Below, in pieces: positions 13,020-25,594 of a stretch of DNA of 64,000 bases. The position numbers and the translations under genes are program-made. This DNA comes from Octopus sinensis (Eukaryota), in the NCBI RefSeq assembly GCF_006345805.1, contig NC_042998.1, positions 137,020,001-137,084,000 of the forward strand, written 5' to 3'. How positions within the stretch are numbered: position 1 is the stretch's first letter; every line of letters begins with the position of its first letter. The notes below the pieces were generated by a model. That model ran no database searches. It saw only the letters and a program-made list of their open reading frames with translations, and was not told the DNA's origin.

Positions 13020-13026
<7 letters not shown>
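11966..13026. repeat. Large foldback: arms ~11966-12394 and ~12532-13026, spacer ~140 bp, (TA)n nearby on both sides
   Basis: Arms are near reverse complements; the right arm has an extra ~70-bp segment (~12660-12728). Confidence 0.9.
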
Positions 13027-13065
<39 letters not shown>

Positions 13066-14801
13066 CGTTGCTATTATGTAAATATGTCGTAAGTCAAAAC
13101 GTTGCTTTTTCAGAAAACGAAAATACAGTTTCACCATTCCAATAATTTTACGTCAGCAACAATTTCAGCTTAGGAATGATACTTTGTTGGGTGCATAAAA
13201 TCGTAACTTTATGCATTATATTTTCAATCAGAAAGATTTTTGTAAAATTGACGTATGTGGAATTAACTACACTTTTGAAAGTTGCTAGACCGTTGTACTA
13301 CACTTTGAGAATTTTCATATCTTGGCATACTTCTGAAACGGGAAACCCTCCACCAGACGTGCCTTTATAACACCTGGTCAAGGCAACCAACACCAACCCA
13401 ATACCACCAACAAACCCTGCCCCGGACACCAAAACGTGTAAAACTCCAAAGGATAACACCAACGAACAAAACTCCTCACCAACCAGCACAATCACTAACA
13501 TTAAAACGCAAAACAACCACACAACAGATCAGGAATTGGAAGAGGTAGCTAAAAACAAAAAGAAGGAAAAGAATAAACACGCACCACAGACACACACCAC
13601 AATATCAGCACACCCCCTACACACTCACCTGAAGCTCATACTCCAGAATCTGTCTTCAACATCACGGCAATCAACACAAAGAATACAACAGAACACATAA
13701 ACGAAAATCCCTGCATATCACCTTTCAACGTTCATCCTTCAAATTCACAAATTCCTGAACACATCCAATTAATAAAATTTGATTGTCATTCACATACGTA
13801 ACTAAAAGAACAATATCCCAAAGACACTGGAATATTACAATTAAATTTTAGTAAACACATTTACCGGAACTGAATCAACGACGCCCCACAAACCACGACG
13901 AGAGGGGAAGATAAATCTACACCCCTCCTCAAACTCCAAAACTCAAACAAAGACGCCACACAAGACACACCGGGAGGGGAGGATAAATCTACATCCTCCC
14001 ATCACCAAGTAAGTAATTAATTTCATTCATCTTGGTTTCGTTCAAGCTTGGTGGTGTGAATGTGGTTGAGAAGAGTGAAAGGAATTAAGACGGGCAACTT
14101 TCTCTCTGGCCAAGGTTTATCAAATATGTCCTTACCATCCCAAAAGATAAATAAGGCTAGAGAGAGAGAGAGAGAGAGAGATGTTACCGCCGCGTGTGTT
14201 CAGGACTAGATGGATAGAAGTGGTGCGATCGTTGAGTATGAATATGGCCAACTTGAATGTACTACTGTAAGTCTCCTGTGTGAGAGCAGTGCTAGGTCGT
14301 GGCTTGTTGGTTATCCATAACCAACATTTCATCTTGTCTCATCATGCCTAATTATTATTTTGTTATTTCTTTTCATATTGTTCTTACATCCGCACATTCA
14401 ACCCCTTTGTAGACCCCTAATTGTTCTTGTCTGTCCTGTATCGTCCATCTAGTGGCGAATAAAGAATTTATTTTTCATATCTTGGCAAATGATACAGCTG
14501 GAGATACGATAGTTTGACCACGAGAACCGGCTCTTAAAAGCATAAGTATTATTTTCTACTCTAGCTACAAAAGCCGAAATTTTGGGGAAGGGGACTAGTC
14601 GATTAGACCGATCCCAGTACGCAACTGGTACCCGAAAGTATGAAAGGCAAAGTCGATCTCAGTTGGACATTCGAGAGAGTTTAACATAGGAGCAATGCTA
14701 TACAATGAAACGTGTTTATATATACTCAGAGAAGAGGATTGTAAAAAAATGTACAATTATTAAACGTAAGAAGTACAATACCTGAAATATTTTGCTAACA
14801 T

Positions 14802-14833
14802 TCATTTCTTAAGAATATATGGACGACGGGAAA
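14802..14833 (-). CDS. OctTK-II: OctTK-II coding exon 2 (VSRRPYILKK-stop); the exon continues to a 3'UTR donor at 14782/14781
   Basis: Acceptor TTTCTTTTCTTACAG| precedes TTTCCCGTCGTCCATATATTCTTAAGAAATGA. It completes the phase-1 codon and gives the C-terminus I recall for OctTK precursors. It is followed by TTTCAG|GTATTG, also seen in both paralogues. Confidence 0.92.
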
Positions 14834-15009
14834 CTGTAAGAAAAGAAATGCTTATGCTATAGCATATTATATTAAATAGTAACATTTGAAAATGACTTTA
14901 ATTTATTAAGATAAATAATGATAGTGGTCTTGAGTAGATCTTTTCCCAGTCCCTATGACAAATTTAAAACTTTACAAATCATAGCCTCCTAAACAAGCTA
15001 ATTACAGTC

Positions 15010-15058
<49 letters not shown>

Positions 15059-15424
15059 TATGAAGATGAAGGAGATTTAACTTTAAAATCTATTAATCAA
15101 ACTACACATTTCAGGGAGCGGTTAAGTCAGTTATATCCTCGCCACTCTTTGACTGGTACTTAATTTATCGAGCACCAAATTAAGAAAAAAAAAATTAGCA
15201 TCGGTGAAATTTGAACTCAGACAGTAAAAACGGACAAAATACCACTAAGTATTCTGTCTACCGGAATAACGTTCTAACCGGCTGCATATTAATAATCAGT
15301 TTATATTTTGCTGATATTCATGTTGATAATCATTTAATATATTTTATGAAGCAATATTACTTTGTTTATAACAGTATTATTCAAAAGATTTTATATTATT
15401 CAGATATTAAACATGTTCTTTTAC

Positions 15425-15630
15425 TCTTTTACTCTTTTACTTGTTTCAGTCATTTGACTGCGACCATGCTGGAGCACCGCTTTTTAGTTGAGCGAATCGA
15501 CCCCGGACTTATTCTTTGTAAGCCTAGAACTTATTCCATCGGTCTCTTTTGCCGAACCGCTAAGTTACGGGGAAGTAAACACACCAGCATCTGTTGTCAA
15601 GCGATGTTGGGGGGACAAACACAGACACAC
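15425..15630 (-). mobile_element. High-copy octopus SINE-like repeat; other copies or fragments at ~17405-17490, 19160-19270, 24890-25060, 31160-31300, 51920-52320, 56150-56570, 58460-58660
   Basis: Shared GGCCATGCTGGAGCACCGCC..TCGACCCC..ACTTATTCTTTGTAAGCC..CTAAGTTACGGG core in many copies. Confidence 0.8.
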
Positions 15631-15638
15631 AAACATAT

Positions 15639-15689
<51 letters not shown>

Positions 15690-15694
<5 letters not shown>

Positions 15695-15834
15695 GACGGA
15701 GTTCTTTCAGTTTCTGTCTACCAAATCCACTCACAAGGCTTTGGTCGGCCCGAGGCTATAGTAGAAGACACTTGCCCAAGGTGCCACGCAGTGGGAGTGA
15801 ACCCGGAACCATGTGGTTCGTAAGCAAGCTACTT
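15690..15834 (-). mobile_element. 3' part of an octopus tRNA-derived SINE split by the ORF1 element (5' part at 17333-17370)
   Basis: Rejoining gives GCGTAGGAGTGGCTGTGTGGTAAGTAGCTTGCTTACGAACCACATGGTTCCGGGTTCACTCCCACTGCGTGGCACCTTGGGCAAG with A/B-box-like motifs; a related copy is at 59165-59315. Confidence 0.8.
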
Positions 15835-17332
15835 TATTTTATCTAATTTGCCACAAGGGCATTACACAGATGTAGCTTTGCGGGCTGGACACAGACATTA
15901 ATGGTATGAATGATGGTGATGGAACGAAGATGATGATGGGAGAAGACGAAAGCGCCCGCCGATTTTCGCTTCTCTAAAACAATGTTCTTTTTTCAACAAA
16001 TCATAATGAGGCAATAAACCTCTTACAATGTTCCTTTAAAATATACAGAAAGTCCAGGTTTCAATATAATACAATGTTCCTTCAAAATATACAAAAAGTT
16101 CAGGTCACCCGGCCGACCAGCTCTCTTGCTTTATTGAAGCACTCAGCCGGTTCCAGGCAAGACCACACAGGTACAAATCTATAGGAGTCCTCCGGGAAGG
16201 AATTCACGATCCTGCACAGATCGCTATCCCATGGGACCCCCCGCAGCCACCTGCGAAGGCCACTCAGGGTCCTCCGTGCAGGACTGAAGTCCCTCCCATT
16301 GGCCTCTCCTTTTCATTTTTCTTATCTCATTTTCAATGGTTCCTCCTTTGTGGAAGAGGACCGCATATTTATCCTCCGGCGGCACACCCGCCTGAGGAGG
16401 CTTGGGAGACGCCGTGGGCGTGTTACAATCCGCCGGCGGTGTCCCGTTTCTCTTTTTTCTTTTTTTTCCTTTTTTTCCCTGGGCCGCGGGAGGGTGGGGT
16501 TCCTGTGGTGTACACAACGGGTCCTTTTTTTCTCCCGCAGCTCCCGGGTCTTTCGGTGGGTCACCATTGTTGCCCGCCTTTCTTTTACGTTTTGAGGATG
16601 TATCAACCTCCTCGTCACTCTTCTGCTTCTCTCCCTCCATTGGGGGAGCAGGGAGAGATTCCACCATTAACTGCTCCAGGATCCTACTTTGGTCCCTGGG
16701 GCAGTTCTTCTTAATGTGGTCGGTCTCCAGGCACAGGGGACACTTGGGGGGCCGTCCCTCGAGTATCACCGGGCACCTGTGCCCAGCCATTCTCAGGAAG
16801 TCTGAGAATATCATCTCTCCCACGGCCACCGGGGTCCACAGGGTCAAAATTGCCTTTGACCCCTCCCAGTCGACCGCGGGAGTAATTTTTACACTCAAAA
16901 GCCTGGGCCCACTATCTCCCAGGCCTCGTTGGATGGTCTCCTCGATCCATCCCGCCTCCGTGCCCGGGGGCAGCCCGCACACCCAGGCTCTTTTTATTTT
17001 TCTTCCACAATACGAGGGGAGGAACAAAACTTCCTCTCCCTCAAGGGGCTCGCTAGCAAATCTGCTAGCTTCTTCGGGGCTACCAAACAGCAACCACACC
17101 GTTGCAAATTTGGTCCCCCGAGAAATAAACTTTATAGTTGGCCGGTGGTCTGCCAACTCTTTTTCTATTATGTTCTTGTCGAAGAGGGCGATGGCCCCAC
17201 GCGACCTAGAATAGGTTCGTAGTACCACCGTCCTCTTCTCAAGATCTTTAATCCACTGCTTGGGTGGGACAACCTCCCACTCCAAAGCAGTGTCTTCATT
17301 TTTCTTTGCCATGTGAAAAAAGTTCAAAGTCC
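15835..17332 (-). mobile_element. 1.5-kb ORF1-only non-LTR retroelement (Tx1/L1-like) in OctTK intron 1, flanked by a 13-bp TSD
   Basis: AAGCAAGCTACTT at 15822-15834 and 17333-17345; A-rich 3' end (ATAAAATAA); GC-rich; intact gag-like ORF; no ORF2 within the TSD-bounded unit. Confidence 0.85.
16224..17312 (-). CDS. Retroelement ORF1/gag-like protein (362 aa from ATG 17312) with CCHC zinc knuckle
   Basis: CPLCLETDHIKKNC matches CX2CX4HX4C, followed by a basic low-complexity tail; open frame. Confidence 0.8.
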   Translation of the reverse strand: MAKKNEDTALEWEVVPPKQWIKDLEKRTVVLRTYSRSRGAIALFDKNIIEKELADHRPTIKFISRGTKFATVWLLFGSPEEASRFASEPLEGEEVLFLPSYCGRKIKRAWVCGLPPGTEAGWIEETIQRGLGDSGPRLLSVKITPAVDWEGSKAILTLWTPVAVGEMIFSDFLRMAGHRCPVILEGRPPKCPLCLETDHIKKNCPRDQSRILEQLMVESLPAPPMEGEKQKSDEEVDTSSKRKRKAGNNGDPPKDPGAAGEKKDPLCTPQEPHPPAAQGKKGKKRKKRNGTPPADCNTPTASPKPPQAGVPPEDKYAVLFHKGGTIENEIRKMKRRGQWEGLQSCTEDPEWPSQVAAGGPMG

Positions 17333-17520
17333 AAGCAAGCTACTTACCACACAGCCACTCCTACGCCTACGCTATTATTCAAAAGACTTTATAATATTCA
17401 TAGGTATTAAACATGTTATTTTACTCTTTTATTGGTTTCAGTAATTTTAGCCTTTTAGTCGAGCAAATCGAACCCCGGACTTATTCTTTGTCAACTAATA
17501 ATAGTAATTTAAAGTTTTAC

Positions 17521-17752
17521 CTTTTTTCGGTGGACTTCTCTTACTTGTTTCAGACATAGAACCAGGATGTTGAATTAATCGTCGTGTCAACTCTTCTGAA
17601 CGTCCCATTAAGCCTACGAATTCTGAGGATGAAGGAGGTTTAACTTCAGATCTTTTAATCAAATTATGTGCTGTAAGCATGTCATCAGCAGAACTGGCTT
17701 CAAACACTCCAGCAATGAAGATACAACACAGGATCAAACCTACTCTAATCAT
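17521..17752 (-). CDS. OctTK-II: Salivary-gland (venom) tachykinin precursor, coding exon 1 of 2; join 17752-17521 + 14833-14802 gives 87 aa MIRVGLILCCIFIAGVFEASSADDMLTAHNLIKRSEVKPPSSSEFVGLMGRSEELTRRLIQHPGSMSETSKRSPPKKVSRRPYILKK; mature peptide KPPSSSEFVGLM-amide at 17641-17606
   Basis: Signal peptide, KR site, then the FxGLM tachykinin motif followed by GR (amidation plus cleavage). The peptide matches OctTK-II of Octopus vulgaris posterior salivary gland as I remember it. Phase-1 donor AAAAAAG|GTAAAA at 17520. The ORF-track start at 17770 lies upstream of the likely true ATG (17752). Confidence 0.95.
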
Positions 17753-17807
17753 GTTGAATATAGAAATCACAATCAGAATCTGTATGGAATATTAGGGATT
17801 TCTCAGG

Positions 17808-17945
17808 TTTTATAGAAATTTCTTCTCAAATTTTGTGAGACACTGTCACATGGCATATGGTTATACACATGTTTTGACGTTTCCAAACGCCCTGTCAGCA
17901 ATTTTAAAGACGCACACGACCACTCACTCTACAGTTCACATCACT
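17808..17945 (-). promoter_or_regulatory. OctTK proximal promoter: TATAAAA (17814-17808) and family-1 conserved upstream block
   Basis: TATA 62 nt upstream of the ATG; block TGTAGAGTG..GTC..GTCTTTAAAATTGCTGAC..TTTGGAAA shared with the 39-kb and 42-kb genes. Confidence 0.65.
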
Positions 17946-19300
17946 TATCCCTAATTATGTCTAAAAGCTATTGTCTTATTGATTATATTCTTGAATAATA
18001 ACATTTTAATAGGGATACGAAGAATTTGGAAATATTTCGAAACATTCAGCACTGTTAATAGCTACACTTTGTAATTTCATGTTTCTATGTTCGATCACAG
18101 TTCTCTTTCACGATGATCTCTGGTTGACTAATAGTGTGTGAGTAGCATCTGGAAACAATCAGAGATGTTCTTTTCCTACATTTTTTCATTTCATAATAAA
18201 AATGCAAGAAATTGTTCGTAATCTCAGGTTTCAAGCTTACTATTATAAATTACAGAAATGACCAGAAGAACCGAAAAGAGCAACGAGGAGGCTGTTAAGA
18301 AAGTACTTATACGGCTTTGGCTGTAAAGAGATGATCGGTAGGATAAGGAAAATGTCGATTGCACACCGGCTTAAGCTTGATTACCTACAGAACGTAGCTT
18401 GTATAATTCGGAATACTCAGTGATTCCAGACATAATACGACGCTGACGATGTGTCCAAGTATTCCATCTATTTAATGTACATCTGTGCGTTAAGTTAAAA
18501 GGACGAAAAGCATTTTTGTATGGGTTGTTAGAAATCCTGATCTCGAGCAGTTACGATTTTTGTGGAAAGGAAAATCTTCATCTGAAGCAGTTACGGTTGA
18601 AACCCCAGCAATTATCAGCCAATTAGATTGTCTATAGACATTCGTTAAAATTCCAATATAAATTAAAAATATTAAAATTAACGTAATCAGTTCAGTAAAT
18701 TGATGCTGAGTGAATAGTATTTCACTTTTGCCTGATCACATCAAATAATAAAGATTTCTACTACCTCTCACTTCTTTGCTGAAATTCTCAAATAACTCTC
18801 GGTCATTCATTTCTTTGACCAATGGCGTTCCAGTAGATATTCTAGCATTCCCAAAGTTGGAAAAATACTACAATATTTGTCCAACTTTGGAAATATTAGC
18901 ATCCAATTTCCTTCACCATGGATTACTATCTAACCATTCTCTCTGATCATGGAGTTACCTTAAGAATACCCGATTTAACTAGATTTATCCTCCCTTTCTA
19001 GACATATTGAACACGTCAACTATCACTAATGTGTTCTTCCACTGTTACATATATTTAACCTATCACTCTCCAACCACAGAATACTCAGTATACGGAATAT
19101 TTTCCTCAACACGATGTCACAGTAGCTCAGATATCCTGAAAACAATTGTCAGAGACTATTCTTTTATTTGTTTCAGTCATTTGACAATGGCCATACTGGA
19201 ACACCGCCTTATTTTATTTAGTTAAATTAAATGTCCTTGTCAAGTCATTTTTGCCAAACTGCTTGCCTTCTCTTTTCTACTTACTTTTCTACTTCGTGTA

Positions 19301-19402
<102 letters not shown>

Positions 19403-19442
19403 TGTGTGTGTGTGCGTGTGTGTATGTGTGTGTGTGTGTTTA

Positions 19443-20388
19443 CAGCCTTGGCCAAAAGTATTAGGCCACCCCGGTGTTTTGGAGTTCTGCTATCTCAATG
19501 TTAATGAAATTCGTGCACATGGTAGATTCTGGTATATTTCACAATATACATCAGTTTTAATACCTGGCTGACTTCTCTTTAGCATCAATAACCGCTTTTA
19601 TACGGTTAGGCATTGAATCAGCTAGTTTCTTGCAGGTGCTAGGACTCCAGTCTTCTCTCAACTTTTGACCATTGCTCACTGGTCCAATTTCAGTGGTTTT
19701 GTGGCCCGCTGAAGACATTTTTCCATATTCGCTTCAGAAACCCACGGCTTCTTCCTGGTTTTACAGCCTTTCAGACCGTACTCTACAAGCCTTCTTCTAA
19801 CAGTTCTGGTTGATATTTGTGAAGTACTTACCTCGTTGAAGTCTGTACAGAGCTCCGACAATGTTTTTTCTCCTGTTTCTGAGCGACTGACGGATGATGG
19901 ATCTGTCATCATTAGGTGATGTAACCTTTTTTTCTACCTGTCCTTTGTATTGTCTTCACGTCTTCTGTCTCTCTGAAATGCTTGAGAGTCGTTTGCACTG
20001 CACATCCAGAACATTTCACCTTCTGAGCAATTTGCCTTTGAGACATTCCATCATGACGAGCTACGATATGACCTCGCTCACACTCACACAACTCCCTTGT
20101 TTTAGGCATTTTACTATTTATTAACTTGTCTACAATGTATTTTAGTATAAAACTGTGAAATAATCAAGGAAACATAAGTTCATTCTGGACGTTGGTATTA
20201 CCCAGAATTGGTTGCATATGTAGAGTACAGTATAAAAGTGGTAACTGATGCTAAAGGAGGATTAACCAGATATTAAAACTAATGTATATTGTGAAATATA
20301 CCATAATCTACCATGTGCACAAGTTTCATTAACATTCAAATAGCCGAACCAAAACAATGGTGTGGACTAATACTTTTGGCCAAGGCTG
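19443..20388 (-). mobile_element. Internally deleted Tc1 element, ~150-bp TIRs, TA on both sides
   Basis: TA|CAGCCTTGGCCAAAAGTATTAG ... CTAATACTTTTGGCCAAGGCTG|TA; transposase N-terminus MPKTRELCECERGHIV...GRKK and RTVRRRL...RKKP. Confidence 0.92.
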
Positions 20389-21549
20389 TATATGTATATA
20401 AGTTCAGCAAAATTTAGATTCAGATGAATATGGTACTTAGGTTAAAGGCAGCAGAACTTTGTATGGTATTATCCATATAGATCAGATGGGGTGATTACAA
20501 TCAAAATAAGTTACAAGTATATCCAATGTAGAGTAGTACAATTGTTTCATGCTACTTCATTTTATTAAACACTGTAAGTATTACATCAGTTTTAAAATAT
20601 CGAACAATCTTCAGCCACTTATAGAATTTCCCAATTAAACGGACAATTCACATTCTTATCCCTATTTCATTTGTCAACATTATAAAGAGGGTAGATATAT
20701 AGACCAAGAGGTTGATTTCATTCTTAAGAACATTATAGTAGTATGTTCACTCTCCGTCTGTAGATTTTATCATTGAGTTCACTTTGTTATTTAGATCTGT
20801 CAGTGGGGAGGTGGTTTTATTCTTGGTTGAATGGAAACAAACAAGAATATTTTCTATTTATAGATATAGGAAGGGGTAGTACAAATGTCAAAACCATAAA
20901 ACCATCCCCATTGTGAGGAATTCAGTTTAGATATATTTGAATGTATTATAGCAAAATACTAGTAGGTTGAAGTTAGAGGGGTAGGGGGAACAGAGACTAC
21001 TAATGCTCTAGAGGTTTTCAATGTCCCTTATCATTTAGCAGCCAGTTACTGTATTAAGAAATTTAATTAAATGTCCTTTAGATAATTTTCTAAAGGATTT
21101 CAATAAATATTAGTATCTTATATAGGGATAGAACAGAATATATTTGATAACATATCTGTCGATACAAAAAATAGGAAGGAAAATAACTAAAATGACAGAC
21201 ATTGTTAAAGTAAACCTCTCGGAGTGTTATGATAAGGAGACGAGATGGGTTTTGATGGAAAAAGATAAGTATAGAATGTTAAAAGAGGCTTCTTTCCCAT
21301 CAGATATAAACCCACTGGGGCCCGAGGTGAATTTCGAACCCAGCGCTCCAGTGGTGAACTATGAGGAAATTAAGAAATATATAAAATGATAGAGATTTAT
21401 TTTGGAAAGAAATGTGGAAGACTGTGGAAATAATTTTGAAAAGAACTGTTGAAGAGTGCTGAAATATTTGAAATAACCTAACCACCTCGGAGTGGGGCTT
21501 GGATGGCCGTCCCATCTTCGTTGTATAATTTCATTATTCCATGTTTCAT

Positions 21550-24377
21550 GTTTTAAATGGCCCCGAATGTGTGTATTGTCCAATCTGTGTTTACCCCCTT
21601 GTGGGTAATAAAAAAAAATATAGTCCATTACGTCCGGTTGTGTTTTTGCATAAGTACGTGTTGCTTATTGAAAAGTATTGTGATTCGTGTTGTACTGCAT
21701 TACAGCGGTGTGTATGTTTGTGCTGACCCTCAGCGTTTTGAGGGGAGTATGGCAAGTAAAAAAATGTTTTACTCAGACCAAAGCGGGTCGGAGCTGTCAA
21801 CATCTGAAGAAAAACTAGTAAGAACTAAGTTATGGATAAAGAATTGGAAGGAAGAAATAGGAAGTTCGCAAACGTCGCCCGAGAATCGGATGATAATGTT
21901 GAGATCGAAATAGGAAAAAACAAGAAGCTATTAAGTAGGTACGGTTTCAACGTGCAAGTGTGAATTGGATAGACCAAATCTTGAATATGATTAGTCAAGG
22001 TTCAAAAGAATCAATAGAAGAAATGGTGAACGAAACTATAATGAATGTAAGGGTGGAGGGCAGAATCCCTCGCTCTTTTAAATGTGGCCAGAAGGGCCAC
22101 ATAAGAGCGAAATGCCCTCCACCGGATAAAAAAGCTGAGGAAGTGCAAGAAGAAGATCCCCAGAAGAAGCCACAAGAGAAGCCCCAGGATGGACAAAAGA
22201 AGGAAAAAATAGTTCCTGTAGAAACAGTAAAAGAAAAAGAAGAATGGGAAAATACCGGAAAGTGAAAGAGGAGGAAGAGGAAAAAGATAGGCCCAGCAAA
22301 TAAATTAGGGATATGGTTTGGAGGTAGTCTTCACGGCAAGTCAGTCAGTATTCGATACCATACCGGAGACACTGGAACTGTCAAACGAGGACAAACTAGA
22401 TATAATGTTGGAGGGGAGACATCCAAAGTGCTATGAATGTGGCAAAAGAGGTCACATTAGAAGAAATAAAGGAAAATATAGAAATGGAAACGCAAGAAGG
22501 CGTGATAGAGGAGAGGAAACAGACACAGGAGAGGAACAGAGAGCTGATTTTGAGGAAGCTAAGTCAAGAAAGTTGGAAAGGAGGGGCTCATCGCCGAGAA
22601 TTGAACAAGGAAAGCAACATAAAGCAAAGGAACAAGTGGAATCGCCGAGGTAAGAGGGAACATCACCAAGAAAACACACAGACTTACAATCAAACAAACA
22701 GACGGATTTACAGACACATAAACACAGTGACACACATACACATTGAAGCATGGAAGATGGCACAGAGTTGCAGAAGCCTGAAAGCTCAGACACACAGACA
22801 CAACATGCAGACAAACATGCAGATTCGCTGGCAAATAAACACACAAAGATACAGAAACAAAGAAACATAGAAAAACAGAAGCAGGATAATACAGAGTTAC
22901 AAAACCAAAAAAAGAACAGACAGTCACAAGAGGTACAGGGGAAAAAACTACACTTGATAACTTATAAGACGACCCAGAAAATAGAAAGGAAAATGGTAAA
23001 AATGAAAGACACTGTTAAAGTAAGTCTCTTTGAGGGTTATGACAAAGAGATGAAATGCTGAGGAAGTGCAAGAAGAAGATCCCCAGAAGAAGCCACAAGA
23101 GCCACCCCAGGATGGACAAGAGAAGGAAAAATAGTTCCATTTGAAACAGAAAAAGAAGAATGGGAAAATACCGGAAGAAAGACAGAAAATGAAGAGAAAA
23201 AAGGTACGTCCAACACATACAGAACTTCACCAAACAACTACCCAAGGCTCACCTATAACCTCTTTGTCCCACCCTCGCCCTGCAGACACTAAGCCTTCCC
23301 ACTCTCCTCCATCACAAAAACAAAAGTAAAGAACACGTTTACACAAAGAGTCACATAATCCGCCCTGAAACTGACGTGACTTGGGTAGCAGCGGCTGTGC
23401 TGCTAGGAAGCGAGAAAGAGGTCACTGTAGTCCAAGCCACAGAAACGGAAGCCACTAATTGGCACGGTAAAATCTTGGAACTAATAATACAGAGTAAGGG
23501 AGTAAAGTCACCTGTGAGGCGCTCCGTTTACTGTCAGGAACCGCTAAAGGGTTAAGGATGCGCTGACATGCATTGAGGCTGAATCATCTCTGGCACTACC
23601 TGGAAGGTGACTTGGAGAGATTCAAACCCGGTTTCATTAAAAGACGTAATCTGGCTGAATTGCGAAAGGAGTGTCGACTTCATTATTGTACAAAGGACTG
23701 GTAGAAAGTAAAAACGATGACGTCCTTATAGGGTCTCTGGGGTTCGATGAGAACCAACTTAACAACCTGTTTCCAAAAACTTTCAGGCTAGGGTATTTGG
23801 ATAGTTACCAAAAGTCCCTGACTTAGCAGTGTTATACGAACGCTTTACCTGTTCGCGAGATGTCAGCCAGGCACGGAATGTCAGTGCCAACGACGTGTCC
23901 AAGATGTGGGCTGGATGAAGAAACCGTCCAGCACGCTCTTGTACAGTGTCGGAAGCTGTCAGGGTTGATAATTTACGTTGAACACGTTTGTAACACGTAG
24001 GCAGAGTATAGCTATCGGCTGAATCTATAATAAAGATTGTACCGCCAACGGGATTATTATAGGAAGGTGAGGCATGTTTCCTCTGTACAGTTGCAGTGCT
24101 AAAAGAGTGTGTGTGGAAAACTTGAATGGAAGGACTCGTTACGGGATCCTTCATATCTGGCCCTGGTCTACTACTATATTTCAGATACCATCTGAAGAGC
24201 AAGATGGAGCTGCAGAAGAGAATTCTGTCGGGAAGTGTGTTTGAGAAAAGACGGAAGGCTATGATAAGAAAGGTGGGTGCAAGTAATCCTACTTAATCCT
24301 CGTTGGAAAAAGGAAAGGGATAACCGCTGGGCCTTCCAGGCAACCGGTTATAATCCTCCCATAAAAGTAAAGTTAAA

Positions 24378-24408
<31 letters not shown>

Positions 24409-24520
24409 CATCAAATTTTTCATCTATTAGTTACATTAGAACTCATCATAACATTATTTGTGTGTATTGTCCCGTATTGTCCACTCTTTATGTGATATTC
24501 ATTATCGTAATAAAGAATTA
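21550..24520 (+). mobile_element. Degenerate, internally deleted Tx1/L1-type LINE
   Basis: ORF1 knuckles FKCGQKGHIRAKCP and CYECGKRGHIRR; ORF2 C-terminal CPRCGLDEETVQHALVQC at ~23890-23950; AATAAA near 24510; local duplication (22130-22270 vs 23055-23200). Confidence 0.75.
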
Positions 24521-25594
24521 ACCGCTAGCCGAACAATTATTCTATGATGAAGAAGGGAAATAACCCGGAAATCGCAGTATACAGACAATGTTTTGAGCTG
24601 AGTTGGGGTGCGAGATTACCTTGTTCGAAAATATAAGGTCACAGAACATCTCGTATAGCCAGCTGGAGACGGTGTCTCCTGGGGCTAAATTACAGCAACA
24701 TTCGTCCTAAACCAGGACTGCCATGTTATGTTGGCAAACAATCTTTACTACAAAGTACTGTTGCTGAATATCTCTTGTTGTGAGATTTAAAAATAGTAAT
24801 TATTTATATATTATTATGATATATTATTACAGAGTTATATATATATATATGCATACATGTGTGTGTGTGTGCGTGCGTGCATGTCGTTGTGATCACGTTT
24901 GTCCACCACCATCACCACTTGACAACCGGTGCTAGTGGGTTTTCATTCCTGTAACTTAGCAATAGAACAGGCATCAGACTTAAGAGTAAGTACTGGGTTC
25001 GAGTCATTCGAAAATTCTTCAACGTGGCGCCGCTGCGTGGCTGCAGTTTAATGAATGAAACACGTAAAGCATTAAAGAAATGATATATTTTTTTCTCTTT
25101 TGATTAAGCCTAGTCGGGAAGTCAGTAATTGAATGAACTCCACTGTAATACCCCAACTGGTAGAGAGACTAACCGAATGTCATATTAAGTTCACAACCCA
25201 AGAACAAGTATAATCAATCCGACGATATTTCGTGAAGTTCATTATTACACAATTCCGTTTATATTGTTTTGACTGATTAGAGGCTATAGCAGAAGATACT
25301 AACTGCTCAGAGGTATCGAACTTGACAAAATAAAAATTTGAAGAATATATCTTAGCATGTGGTATTGAAATGTTATTGCAATGTCTTGTAATACTTAACA
25401 TGTTATGTTAAGTATTACATATATTATTGAAATGTCTTGTATATGTTATTGAAATGTCTTGTAATACTTAACAAGGACAGCAAGGGGAAACCTTTGCAAG
25501 GTGTGCATGCTTAAAAAAATAATCAATAACAAATAAATAATAGGCCAATCATTTGATTCAACTGATTATCGGGAAAAAAAAATGAATAATTTAC

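Noticed and set aside
15211-15846. 211-aa ORF
   Set aside because: Runs through SINE copies and a (TA)n array with no coherent protein features.
16299-17222. Overlapping 90-270 aa ORFs on the plus strand and alternative frames
   Set aside because: Antisense or shadow frames of the GC-rich retroelement ORF1.
22433-23329. Charged low-complexity ORFs
   Set aside because: Fragments of the degenerate LINE ORF1 region with frameshifts.
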